From assembly GCA_016744855.1 (NCBI GenBank), contig JADGDO010000001.1:256765-320764 (forward strand): a stretch of 64,000 nt of DNA, given 5' to 3'. A model generated the notes under the pieces. That model did no database searches. It had not been told where the DNA came from and saw nothing but the letters and a program-made list of their open reading frames with translations. Below are positions 1 to 9,924 of this stretch, piece by piece (within the stretch, counting starts at the first letter, position 1; the number at the start of each line of letters is the position of its first letter). Made by a program: the position numbers and the translations under genes. The DNA is from Candidatus Fermentibacteraceae bacterium. GTDB taxonomy: Bacteria; Fermentibacterota; Fermentibacteria; Fermentibacterales; JCC-6.

Positions 1-2
1 GC

Positions 3-1445
3 ACGTATGAAATGGATGATACTCCTCCGTTTCAGGCTAATCCCGAAGCGGTGGAATCCGCTCTCCAGCTTGCAATGATGTTTAATATGTCGCTGGTCGA
101 TGAGTTACACATCACTCGAAAACAATATCTGGATGGATCTATCCCAACCGGTTTTCAGAGAACAGCCATCGTCGGTGTTAACGGTAAAATTCCATTTATG
201 GGAAGAGATCTCCATTTCGTTCAGATGAGTATGGAAGAGGATGCCTGTCGAGAAGTGTCCGATATAGGACACCATGTTGTTTACCGTACAGACCGTCTCT
301 CTATTCCTCTGGTCGAACCGGTAACTGCTCCTGAACTCTATACACCACGCGAGATGGCAATAGCTGCAAAGCTAATAGGAGAAACGCTCAGATCTACCCA
401 TCTTGTTCGAAGGGGTATCGGTTCAGTAAGACAGGACGTGAACATATCCATTAGAGGTGGAACAAGAATTGAGATAAAAGGTGTAGCAAAAATAGGTTAC
501 ATCGAACCTCTTTCAAGGATCGAAGCATACCGCCAGAAAGCACTTCTCGACCTCCGACACGAGTTAAAGACATCAGACTTAACACCCGATTCGTTCAAAC
601 CGATCTATACAGTTCTAGACAAGATCGCTTCTGCGGGAGAAGGCTTTGATCCAGCCATGCTTGAAAGCAAAAACCACAAAGCAGCTGTAATGGTTCTTAA
701 AGGATTCAAAAAGTTTATCACCACCCCAACTCAACCCGAACTCTCTTTTCTGGACGAGCTTCGCGGAAGAGTTAGGGTAATTGCATGCCTGGAATATGAC
801 CCTGTCCTTGAACAGGCAACTCAACTTCTGAGATCCAACCACAACATTTCACCAGAAGATGCTGCAATAGTTTTTGCCGGCCCCGAAGAAGACCTGGAAA
901 CGACAGTCAAGGAGATCTGCATCAGGATCGAAGAAGCATTCCAGGGAATTCCGCCTGAAACAAGGCAGGCTCTTCCTGGAGGAACAACAGATTTCGAGAG
1001 AATACTACCCGGAGCTGATAGAATGTATCCTGACACCGATCTCCCCCCACAACCGATCCCAGCTGATACTTTCACGCGACTACAGAAACTTCTTCCACCC
1101 AAGCCCTGGGAAAGACGTGATCTATACAAGAAATTGGGTCTAAGTGATCACCTTATTGATCGTCTTCTCAACCTTGAACTTTGTGATCTGTACGACAGCA
1201 TTCTTGAAAGCACAGATCTTAAGCCAAAAGCTCTTGCGAGTTTGCTTGCAGATCGCATGAGAGGCTCGAAGCGAGCAGGCAGGGACTGGATTAAGGTTCT
1301 GGGTATTGACGGTGTTCAAAAGGCAATTATCTGGTGCTTCACCAAAGGAGTTACATCAAAAGGAGCCTGGCACATTCTTGACTGGATGTCACTGAATGCG
1401 GATAGTACGCTTGAGCAAGCCTTAAAGGCAGTAAAGCCAGCTTAA
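3..1445 (+). CDS. gatE: Glu-tRNA(Gln) amidotransferase subunit E (archaeal-type GatE), 5'-truncated by the window edge
   Basis: Motifs DELHITRKQYLDGSIPTGFQRTAIVG, EEDACR, RRGIGSVRQDVNISIRGGTRIEIKGV and PGADRMYPDTDLPP fit GatE rather than GatB. The frame is open to the window start (T-Y-E-M-D-D-T-P-P). Confidence 0.88.
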   Translation, partial: TYEMDDTPPFQANPEAVESALQLAMMFNMSLVDELHITRKQYLDGSIPTGFQRTAIVGVNGKIPFMGRDLHFVQMSMEEDACREVSDIGHHVVYRTDRLSIPLVEPVTAPELYTPREMAIAAKLIGETLRSTHLVRRGIGSVRQDVNISIRGGTRIEIKGVAKIGYIEPLSRIEAYRQKALLDLRHELKTSDLTPDSFKPIYTVLDKIASAGEGFDPAMLESKNHKAAVMVLKGFKKFITTPTQPELSFLDELRGRVRVIACLEYDPVLEQATQLLRSNHNISPEDAAIVFAGPEEDLETTVKEICIRIEEAFQGIPPETRQALPGGTTDFERILPGADRMYPDTDLPPQPIPADTFTRLQKLLPPKPWERRDLYKKLGLSDHLIDRLLNLELCDLYDSILESTDLKPKALASLLADRMRGSKRAGRDWIKVLGIDGVQKAIIWCFTKGVTSKGAWHILDWMSLNADSTLEQALKAVKPA

Positions 1446-1477
1446 CAAGAACGTATTAAAGGACAAAGGAACTTGAT

Positions 1478-4003
1478 GTGAGAGTTGATATTCTAAAAGC
1501 CCTTATACAGAATGCAACTCTTCTCATGCTTGTGTATCTTTTCCTGACAAGGCTCACTAGGTGGAAAGCACTCAAAAAGCCTCTGTCTGTTTTCTTAGTA
1601 CAGGGGCTTGTTTATACTCTTTGCGGCATTCTTGCCATGATGTTCAGCGTCGAAGTTCTCCCCGGTGTTCTTATTGATATGCGCACCCCTATCATTGTTG
1701 TTGCTACCCTCACCAGCGGGCCAGTGGTTGGTGTTTTTACTATTATTCCACTTATTGTCTACAGACTGGTAATCGGCGGAGACGGAATGATAGCCGGTTT
1801 TGGAATAATAATATCCGCTTTTCTTTTTGGATTGATACTTCGATTCATAGAAAAATCCAGAGGGAAAAAATCAGGTCTTTTCTTCCAGCTCTTTTCAGGG
1901 CTAGGCGCTGCTGCAATCTATTTAGTATGGATATTGATTCTTCCTGAGTCGTATTCACTCCCCGTCTTAAACCTTGTTGCTATTCCTATGATTTTAACAT
2001 CCGTAACATCTATGCTTGCAATATTTTTCATCAGAGAAAGAGAGCATACACACCAGAAGCTTCTTGACAACCTAACAGAGATCAATGATCTCTATGAAGA
2101 ACTTTCTCTGGATGAAAACATAGGTATAGTCATTTTGCAAAAGTCTACATTGGTATACGTAAACAAGTCACTTCTGAAGAAATTCAGCTTTACCCACTTA
2201 GATAAAGACAACAGCGATCTCCTGGAAATTGTTGACGATAGAACCAGAAGCAGTATTCTACAATTTCTTTCAAGAGATTTTTCTAGCCTCGCTGGGGAAT
2301 CAATCCCTTTGGAAATCGGAATTCAAGGCAAAAACTCACTCCACCTTCTCACACACGCAAGAAGGCTTCTTTACAGAGGTAAAGAATCATTGCTCATTGT
2401 CTCTGTCGATATTTCAAAACTTATTGAGACAGAAAACAATCTCCAGCTACGTTTGGATCAGCTTCAGCTCACGTTTGATGCGTCAGGTGCAGTTATATGG
2501 GAAGCTCTGATTAATGAAGACAAGCTAGTTGCTGGCAATGAATTCTACGAGATACTTTCATATTCTGCACCGGAATTACCACAGCAGTTTTCAGTATGGC
2601 TCAGGGAAATGTGTATTTCGGAGGAAATGCTAAGGAATATCGGAGATGTTATTGAGGGTCGGAATGAAAGCACCTTCGGTGAAATCAGCTACACAGGAAC
2701 TGATTTTGTAAAAAGATGGTTCAATATAGGTATTATCGTAAATGGAACAGATTCCGCTGGAAAACCTGAAAAAATATCCGGTATTCTCTTTGACACTACA
2801 ATAATCAAGGAAAATGAGCTCTCCTTGCTTCAGGAAGAGATTGAAGATATTCAATCTCAGAAAATGGAATCAATAGGTCGCCTGGCCGGAGGGGTTGCAC
2901 ACGACTTCAATAACCTTCTTCACGTCATTATGGGCTACTGCGATATTCTCAATCGGGTAGCGGAAAATGACACTGTGATCACCGATGTTTCTCGGCCGAT
3001 TGTCCAGGCTGCAGAGAAGGGAAGTGAATTGGTGAAGCAGCTTCTCCTCTTCAGCCGCGAGAAGAAACCTATGCTGCAAAACATCAATCTTGGTATCATT
3101 ATCAGAGATTTCAGCAAGTTGCTTTCTCGAATAATAGAAGATAATATTGTGATCTCCACGAAGGTTCTTTGTAATTCCTGTTGGATATTCGGAGATCCGG
3201 GGCAGCTTGAGCAGGTTTTAATGAATTTGTGTGTGAATTCAAGAGATGCAATGCCCCTTGGTGGAAAAATCGACATTTTCCTTACTGAAGAGGTCATAAC
3301 CCACCCAACCACCGTGACGAGTGGTACGTTAAAACCAAACAGCTACTTAATTGTTTCGGTAACTGACACCGGTCCCGGTATACCTGAATTCTTGCAAAAA
3401 AAGGTTTTTGAACCCTTTTTCTCGACAAAAGAGATAGATGGTGGAACTGGCTTGGGCCTTGCAACGGTTCTTGGAATTGTAAAAGATCATTCCGGATTTA
3501 TCAATGTAGGTAATAGCAGTGAGAAGGGTCTGGAAGTAAAAGTCTTCTTTCCAAAACTGACAGTTGATGCAACTACTTCAGATAATACCCAAAGTGAAAA
3601 GAGTTCATTTGCCCACCCCCGAGATAAAACCATTTCACCACTGTGCGTTCTGCTCGCAGAGGACGATCTTCAAGTAATGAATCTAGCGATAGAGGGGCTG
3701 GGGGCGGCAGGCATAAGAGTAATAAGGGCAGTTAACGGTAAAGAGGCAGTCAAGATATTCCACGAAAGAAAAAATGAGATAGATATGCTTGTTTTCGACG
3801 TTATGATGCCTGAAATGAACGGCCCGGATGCTTACGAAATGATAAATAAAACAGACAATCCCCTTCCTGTTGTTTTCACAACCGGATATGCGGGAGACAG
3901 GCTAGCAGCAATTGAGGGGAATCACGAAATTATTAGTAAACCGTACAGCATGCGCGATCTTGTTGCTGTAATTCGCAAAATGACTGGAAATGGAGCAAAA
4001 TGA
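1478..4003 (+). CDS. Membrane hybrid sensor histidine kinase (5TM-5TMR_LYT-like sensor, PAS-like region, HisKA, HATPase, REC)
   Basis: N-terminal TM region with LIDMR motif; H-box [12 protein letters not shown]-box GTGLGL; C-terminal receiver (LAEDD, FDVMMP). Confidence 0.9.
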   Translation: MRVDILKALIQNATLLMLVYLFLTRLTRWKALKKPLSVFLVQGLVYTLCGILAMMFSVEVLPGVLIDMRTPIIVVATLTSGPVVGVFTIIPLIVYRLVIGGDGMIAGFGIIISAFLFGLILRFIEKSRGKKSGLFFQLFSGLGAAAIYLVWILILPESYSLPVLNLVAIPMILTSVTSMLAIFFIREREHTHQKLLDNLTEINDLYEELSLDENIGIVILQKSTLVYVNKSLLKKFSFTHLDKDNSDLLEIVDDRTRSSILQFLSRDFSSLAGESIPLEIGIQGKNSLHLLTHARRLLYRGKESLLIVSVDISKLIETENNLQLRLDQLQLTFDASGAVIWEALINEDKLVAGNEFYEILSYSAPELPQQFSVWLREMCISEEMLRNIGDVIEGRNESTFGEISYTGTDFVKRWFNIGIIVNGTDSAGKPEKISGILFDTTIIKENELSLLQEEIEDIQSQKMESIGRLAGGVAHDFNNLLHVIMGYCDILNRVAENDTVITDVSRPIVQAAEKGSELVKQLLLFSREKKPMLQNINLGIIIRDFSKLLSRIIEDNIVISTKVLCNSCWIFGDPGQLEQVLMNLCVNSRDAMPLGGKIDIFLTEEVITHPTTVTSGTLKPNSYLIVSVTDTGPGIPEFLQKKVFEPFFSTKEIDGGTGLGLATVLGIVKDHSGFINVGNSSEKGLEVKVFFPKLTVDATTSDNTQSEKSSFAHPRDKTISPLCVLLAEDDLQVMNLAIEGLGAAGIRVIRAVNGKEAVKIFHERKNEIDMLVFDVMMPEMNGPDAYEMINKTDNPLPVVFTTGYAGDRLAAIEGNHEIISKPYSMRDLVAVIRKMTGNGAK

Positions 4004-4407
4004 CAATCTCAAAAGATATGAGCGACCTTTCCCTGTTGGGCAGTGCAACCAATGAATTCAATGGGCTCGAAGCTTTCCCAAACAAGAACCCCGAGAGAGA
4101 CTATACAGTCACACTAACCACTGATGAGTTCACATGCGTTTGCCCCAAAACCGGCCAACCGGATTTTGCCGCTATAACAATCAGTTATGTACCGGACCAG
4201 AAGATAGTTGAATCAAAGTCTCTCAAACTCTACTTCCAGTCATTCAGGAACAAGGGTGTTTTTCACGAACACGTAACAAACATGATTCTTGATGATCTCA
4301 TTGATGCTATTCAACCAAGATGGTGCCACGTGCAAGCTGATTTCGGAATCAGAGGTGGTGTTGCAATTAAAGTAGATGCCGAATTTATTCAAGAACAAGA
4401 GAACTGA
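4000..4407 (+). CDS. queF: NADPH-dependent preQ0 reductase QueF (short type I)
   Basis: EFTCVCPKTGQPDFA and the QueF motif ESKSLKLY...FHE. The ATG overlaps the upstream stop (ATGA). Confidence 0.95.
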   Translation: MTISKDMSDLSLLGSATNEFNGLEAFPNKNPERDYTVTLTTDEFTCVCPKTGQPDFAAITISYVPDQKIVESKSLKLYFQSFRNKGVFHEHVTNMILDDLIDAIQPRWCHVQADFGIRGGVAIKVDAEFIQEQEN

Positions 4408-4433
4408 GACCGTTCATAGTTAAGCTTTACAGA

Positions 4434-6620
4434 TCAGATAATCAGAGTTTCTCTGACTTTCAAGGCAAGTTCTTCGCAGGAAAAGGGCTTGCCCAGAAAA
4501 TGCATGCCTTCCTCAAGAACTCCTCTGCTAGCGATCACGTCTGCAGTGTAACCTGACATAAAGAGAACTTTCAGGTTGGGTTTCCTCTCGAGAAGGAAGT
4601 CTGCCAGATCTTTCCCATTCATTCCGGGCATAACCACATCGGTTAAGAGAAGGTCAAAAATCATGGTCGGATTAGACGCAATTTTAACAGCTTCCTCCGG
4701 AGTTGAAGCTTCAGTAACCTTGTAACCCAATTTCACCAGCATATTTGAGGTTATCCTCCTGATGGATTCCTCGTCTTCAACAAGAAGCACATTCCCGTGA
4801 TCAGGACAATGCGTTGCTGAAATTTCTCTTTGAACTGGCGAGGGAAATTCTCCATGGAAGCGAGGAATATAGATTCGAAACGTTGTTCCGTATCCGGATT
4901 CACTGTAAACACTTATATGGCCGCCATTCTGCTTTACAATACCGTGAATAGTGGAGAGTCCCAGACCTGTACCTCTTCCCCTTTCTTTTGTAGTGAAGAA
5001 AGGCTCAAAGATCATTTCCCTCGTCTCTTTGTCGATTCCCTTGCCATTGTCAGTTACCGAGAGCAACACATAATCACCGGGGAGTGTATGGGGTACGCTG
5101 TCGCAATAAATGCTGTCGAGCTTTGCGTTGGATGTTTCTATTGCTATCTCACCAATACCATCTATTGCGTCTCTGCCGTTAACACAAAGATTCGCTAGAA
5201 TCTGATCAATCTGACTTCTGTCTATCTTTACCGGCCATAGATTTTCCTCATAAGTCCATAGAAGCTCAATTTCCTCTCCGATTAGCCGATCCAGCATCTG
5301 ACTCATGTCCTGCAGAGCAAGGTTCAAATTCAGCAGTACCGGTTCCACGCTCTGCTTCCTTGCAAAGGCAAGAAGCTGCTTTGTAAGGTCTGCTGATCTA
5401 ACTGCAGCACTTTTAATCTCATGAAGACCATTATTCAGCATGCTATCTTCTTCTATGCCCTCAATGATCATGTCGACATGGCCTATGATCACACCGAGCA
5501 TGTTATTGAAATCATGTGCAACACCTCCAGCAAGCCTCCCTATAGCATCCATTTTTCTTGACTGCTGAAGCTGAGCTTCGACCTGTTTTCTTTCAGTCAT
5601 ATCCATAAAAGTTTGAATAGCTCCAACGGCAGTGCCGGCCCGGTTGCGAAGAAGTGCAGCCGTGCACAGCAATAGTTTTTCTTCACCACTCGGAGTCTCA
5701 ACACGGATATCGCCTTCGAGTCCGCCTTCAACCAGTGGGGATTGTCTTAGCAATTTAAGTATCTCCCGGTCAGGGAGTTCGCCGGCTGCTTTCTGAAGTA
5801 CAACATCTGCAGGTACTGCTCTTTTCACAGTTCCGAAGGCCACCCACTGATTATTTGTTCCAATCATCTCTGAGGGGGATTTACCTGTAACTTTCTCACA
5901 GGCATCATTCCAGTGGGTAATAATGTGCTCTCTGTCAATTACAAAAGTCGGAATAACGCTGCCTTGTATAGCTTGCGAGAGTTTCTCCTCGCTTTCCGCT
6001 AGTTCTGAGCTAGTTCTTGATATGTCTTTCCTCAACTGGTTCTCTCTTATAAGCCTCTTCTCAAGAGCATCAACAAGAACTGCCAGAGAAACAACAACAA
6101 TGCCGTTCAGAAAAATGAAGGTCACTCCCGTTATGATCCACATCTGCATTGACATCCCGGGATTATCAGTCCACCCAAAAACCAGATTCCTCATGAGGGA
6201 ACCGATTACACTGATAGCAAGAGTATTAAGTCCTACAGTAAAGAGACCAACAGGTAAACCATAAAGCAGAGTCGCCAGGATAGAAAAAGAAAACAACCAG
6301 ATCTTGCCGCTCCCGAAAGGTCCGAAATGTGCAAGTGCTGCTATACCTACCACGAGCATACATATCAGTCCGGTGGGTGCTGCGACACCAAAGGGAATTT
6401 TTCGAACAAACACGAGTGCGAGAGAGCAGAGAAAACCGAAAGAATGAAGGGTGAGTAGAAACCAGTTTCCTTCGTTTAGAGAAGTGTGAAGGCTTAGCAG
6501 GAATGGTATGGTTACTAGAATGAGGAAAGTTGTAAAAATTGCATAAAAGAGACGCCTTCTCCAGGATAGAAGAATGTTTTCGGCATCTGATTCAACCTTC
6601 ACAGCTGGACACAAGAGCAA
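4434..6620 (-). CDS. Membrane hybrid sensor histidine kinase (TM region, PAS, HisKA, HATPase, REC)
   Basis: Several TM helices; PAS ([11 protein letters not shown]); [20 protein letters not shown] (LVEDE, TDVVMP). TTG start with AGGAGG upstream. Confidence 0.9.
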   Translation of the reverse strand: MLLCPAVKVESDAENILLSWRRRLFYAIFTTFLILVTIPFLLSLHTSLNEGNWFLLTLHSFGFLCSLALVFVRKIPFGVAAPTGLICMLVVGIAALAHFGPFGSGKIWLFSFSILATLLYGLPVGLFTVGLNTLAISVIGSLMRNLVFGWTDNPGMSMQMWIITGVTFIFLNGIVVVSLAVLVDALEKRLIRENQLRKDISRTSSELAESEEKLSQAIQGSVIPTFVIDREHIITHWNDACEKVTGKSPSEMIGTNNQWVAFGTVKRAVPADVVLQKAAGELPDREILKLLRQSPLVEGGLEGDIRVETPSGEEKLLLCTAALLRNRAGTAVGAIQTFMDMTERKQVEAQLQQSRKMDAIGRLAGGVAHDFNNMLGVIIGHVDMIIEGIEEDSMLNNGLHEIKSAAVRSADLTKQLLAFARKQSVEPVLLNLNLALQDMSQMLDRLIGEEIELLWTYEENLWPVKIDRSQIDQILANLCVNGRDAIDGIGEIAIETSNAKLDSIYCDSVPHTLPGDYVLLSVTDNGKGIDKETREMIFEPFFTTKERGRGTGLGLSTIHGIVKQNGGHISVYSESGYGTTFRIYIPRFHGEFPSPVQREISATHCPDHGNVLLVEDEESIRRITSNMLVKLGYKVTEASTPEEAVKIASNPTMIFDLLLTDVVMPGMNGKDLADFLLERKPNLKVLFMSGYTADVIASRGVLEEGMHFLGKPFSCEELALKVRETLII

Positions 6621-6872
6621 AACCTCCTGCTAGATGTATGTCTCATACACAGAATAGATAATAGCAATTATATAAACCTATATCTATTCTTAAAACAGTG
6701 TTAGAGTTTCTGATAGAAGAATATAGAATCATAGAGTGATGTAGTTTTGCCGGTTTTTAAACACATTCCTATCTCAACCGGTAGAGCACACATGGAGTCA
6801 AAAATTGATAGGAATTGTCAGCGTTCAGGTTCCGACTGAGAATGTGAAATCCGAAAATCGGTGAGAGAATGG

Positions 6873-8165
6873 TCATTCAGTAAGCAAAAAACTCGCTACA
6901 ACCAGTTCAGAAATACAGAGATCATCATACTCGGAACCAGGAGCAGTTCCCTCGAAAGTGATCCTGATGCTGCTAAGAGGAAAACTCTCACCGCGGTTGT
7001 AAACTTCGCGAAGCACTTCGTAAATGGATCCTTCCAGTATTGTTTCGAGGGGTACTTCAGGTATCTCAATTTTATAGGAGCTCACATGGGTACCTTCAAT
7101 ACTTACCTCTACTAAAGCTTCAAGTGGTCTTGCATTTGCAGTGTAAGTGTACTCGCTCTTTGCATACCCCGGCACAAGCCCTACCCATGCAACATGCGTA
7201 TCTGCTTCGAAATTCAGCAGAATCCACTCACCAGTAGTTCCCTCTACCCCCTCAGCCCAGGTTGTGCTTAGGTTTGAATCAGATAGATTTCCCGGGCCGT
7301 AGTCACCCTGAAGTTCTGATGAAGCGGTAACCGTGTAGCAGTCTGGTGATACACGGTTTCTTTCAAGGAACTGAGCAGATAGAGCTGATCTGGATTCAAA
7401 TGCAAAGTTTATCTGGGGGAAAGAGTTGAGGTTAAGATACTCTTCTGTAATAGAATAGTGGTCAGCATCAAGCCAAACTCCCCCCTCCGGAAGGGTCTGC
7501 ATGGATCCGTTCGATGCGTGCAACTCTGCTGAGTTGATAATCATGCTAAACTTGCCAATGGTCCCATTCCCCCAAAAGGCAGCAGGTCTCATATCGTATC
7601 TGAATCTGCGGTCCTCATAACTAGGGAAAAAGTCTTTCGTAGTTTCAAAGTCTTCGTAGGTAGCTCGCAAAAAATAGGATACTTCAACTTCTGTCGTGTC
7701 ACCTGCAGGGATTTCAAGTTCTGTTGTATACATGTGATTGCCTGCTTGCACCGTATATCCATATTCATTAACCGTTGAAGTGCTCTGTACGGCCTCTAGA
7801 AAAGTGATTGGTAGTTCGATCCCGTCATGGAAGATTCGGAAATTTTGAATGTCATGATTGGGATCGAATTCCCCAGAATACCAATTTTCTTCAGGAAGGA
7901 TCACTGACGTAACAGGAAAACAGTATCCTGTCAGCAGATCTTCTCCATAATTGTAAAGAGTATAGATAGCATTTACCTCTACAAAGTTAATCAGGGGAGT
8001 AAATTCTAGAAATTCTGAAACTATCTCCACATCCCGCTGTATGAAATTGGCTGGTCCAGCTTCCCCGCTGCCAAATACAGGTGATGTTTGCCAAGGACCA
8101 CCGTTAGCCAGAAGAGTTGAAGCTGACAAAACAAACACTAAAGAGAAAAGAAAAAGACTCATCAT
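6873..8165 (-). CDS. Secreted protein, DUF4424-like N-terminal domain plus C-terminal discoidin/glycan-binding-like domain
   Basis: Signal peptide ending LLA-NGG; IVSEFLEF and YDMRPAAFWGNG resemble DUF4424; NLSDSNLSTTWAEG...DDLCISEL is discoidin-like. Start moved to ATG 8165 (SD AGGGGA). Confidence 0.6.
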   Translation of the reverse strand: MMSLFLFSLVFVLSASTLLANGGPWQTSPVFGSGEAGPANFIQRDVEIVSEFLEFTPLINFVEVNAIYTLYNYGEDLLTGYCFPVTSVILPEENWYSGEFDPNHDIQNFRIFHDGIELPITFLEAVQSTSTVNEYGYTVQAGNHMYTTELEIPAGDTTEVEVSYFLRATYEDFETTKDFFPSYEDRRFRYDMRPAAFWGNGTIGKFSMIINSAELHASNGSMQTLPEGGVWLDADHYSITEEYLNLNSFPQINFAFESRSALSAQFLERNRVSPDCYTVTASSELQGDYGPGNLSDSNLSTTWAEGVEGTTGEWILLNFEADTHVAWVGLVPGYAKSEYTYTANARPLEALVEVSIEGTHVSSYKIEIPEVPLETILEGSIYEVLREVYNRGESFPLSSIRITFEGTAPGSEYDDLCISELVVASFLLTE

Positions 8166-8175
8166 GTAGTTCCCC

Positions 8176-9924
8176 TTAATTCTCCGTAGATTCTGCTGTT
8201 CGCCTGTCCAAAACACTTCTTACAGTTTTAGTCAATTGCGACTTGCTCATCGGTTTCTGAAGAAAACAATCAACACCTAACTCAATGGCTCTGCTTTCAC
8301 TGGATGATCCGCTGAAACCACTGCAGATAATCACGGGGATGTCAGAGCGTATTGCCTTTATCTTGCCGGCAAGCTTATCACCAGTCATATGAGGCATTGT
8401 CATGTCAGATAAGACTAGATCGAATTCATGAGGACGCTCTTCAAACATCTTAAAAGCTTCGATACTGCTTAAGCATGATGTAACTGCGTATCCGGATCTT
8501 GTAAGCATGAGTTCCACAATTTCAGCTACGGATACTTCATCATCCACAAGAAGAATTCGTTCTGTACCTACTGGATAATAATTGCTGTTACCTGAAGATG
8601 TTATACGTTGATGACTGATGTGTACTGGGAGATATATAGTGATTCCTGTACCCTTGCCTACTTCACTTACTATCTTGATCTCCCCCTTGTTTTCCCTGAC
8701 AATGCCGTAAACACTGGACAACCCAAGACCCGTTCCTTTACCGTTAAGCTTAGTCGTGAAATAGGGGTCGAAAACTTTATCCAGATTCTCTGGGGGTATC
8801 CCGATTCCTGTGTCTGAGACGGAAAGAGAAATACATCTTGCCTTTTCTGCCGAAGCATCTGTCGACTCATCAATGGTGTAAAACACATTCTTAAGCTCTA
8901 TGTGAATTCTTCCACTCTCGGGTTCAATGGAGTGATACGCATTAGCTATCAGGTTCATGCAAACCTGATGAATCTGTATCTCATCGGCGAGAACAACACC
9001 GCAATCAGTTTGGATATCATGAGTAATCTCTATATAGGACGGAATTGTAGAACGGCTCAGTTTTAGAACTTCCTCAAGTATCCTTGCTATGTCTACAGGA
9101 ACAAGCTCATGTTTACTCTGTCTGCTGAAAGCCAGTATCTGCTTTACCAGGTCTGCACCGCGTCTTCCGGCTGTAAATATGCTTAAGGCTTTATCGTTTA
9201 AAGGAGTGCCCGGAGTCGAATCTTCAAGAAGCAGTTCTGAAAGCCCTATGATAGAGCAAAGAATATTGTTGAAGTCATGAGCGATACCCCCGGCGAGGGT
9301 TCCAATTGCTTCCATTTTCTGCCGCTGTTGAAGCTTTGTTTCGAGAGACAATTTCTCGGCTTCCGCCAATTTAAGTTCACTAATATCAAACTCTGTAGAT
9401 ATTATCAAGGGAGGCTTGTCTTTAAACTCAACAAGATTAGCATACACGGCAACCGGAAAAGCAGAACCATCCTTTCTAATATGAGAGTTCTCTACTGCAA
9501 GTGTTTTACCTAACATGATGAGTTTCGTTCTTTCCCTGCACAATCTCTGCCCTTCCTCATCATCAAGTTCAGCTACCGGCTTTCCGATCATCTCTTCTCT
9601 TGTATAACCGTGAGAACAGCAGGCTGCCTGGTTTACATCCAATATGGTAGGGATACCGTTTTCTGTGGGCTTCAGAATCATACAATATCCACCTGCCTGC
9701 TCGAAAACAGCTTTAAACAACTCTTCGCTATCTGCTTGTTTCTTTGAATCAAGGAGGCGAGTTTTCTTCTCTTTGAACCAAAGAATAGCGAAAAGTACTG
9801 CCAGCAGTAATACAACGATAACGATAGATACGAGCAAAGAGGGTTTCTCATTTGCAAAAGCGATAAGAGGTGCTGTCCCTGAGAAATACTTTATGGACTC
9901 GGCATCGGCAACTATCTTTCTCAT
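8176..9924 (-). CDS. Hybrid sensor histidine kinase (1 TM, PAS, HisKA, HATPase, REC)
   Basis: One TM helix; PAS (DVNQAAC..HGYTREEMIG); LAGGIAHDFNN; GTGLGL; REC (LVDDE, SDMTMP). Confidence 0.9.
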   Translation of the reverse strand: MRKIVADAESIKYFSGTAPLIAFANEKPSLLVSIVIVVLLLAVLFAILWFKEKKTRLLDSKKQADSEELFKAVFEQAGGYCMILKPTENGIPTILDVNQAACCSHGYTREEMIGKPVAELDDEEGQRLCRERTKLIMLGKTLAVENSHIRKDGSAFPVAVYANLVEFKDKPPLIISTEFDISELKLAEAEKLSLETKLQQRQKMEAIGTLAGGIAHDFNNILCSIIGLSELLLEDSTPGTPLNDKALSIFTAGRRGADLVKQILAFSRQSKHELVPVDIARILEEVLKLSRSTIPSYIEITHDIQTDCGVVLADEIQIHQVCMNLIANAYHSIEPESGRIHIELKNVFYTIDESTDASAEKARCISLSVSDTGIGIPPENLDKVFDPYFTTKLNGKGTGLGLSSVYGIVRENKGEIKIVSEVGKGTGITIYLPVHISHQRITSSGNSNYYPVGTERILLVDDEVSVAEIVELMLTRSGYAVTSCLSSIEAFKMFEERPHEFDLVLSDMTMPHMTGDKLAGKIKAIRSDIPVIICSGFSGSSSESRAIELGVDCFLQKPMSKSQLTKTVRSVLDRRTAESTEN

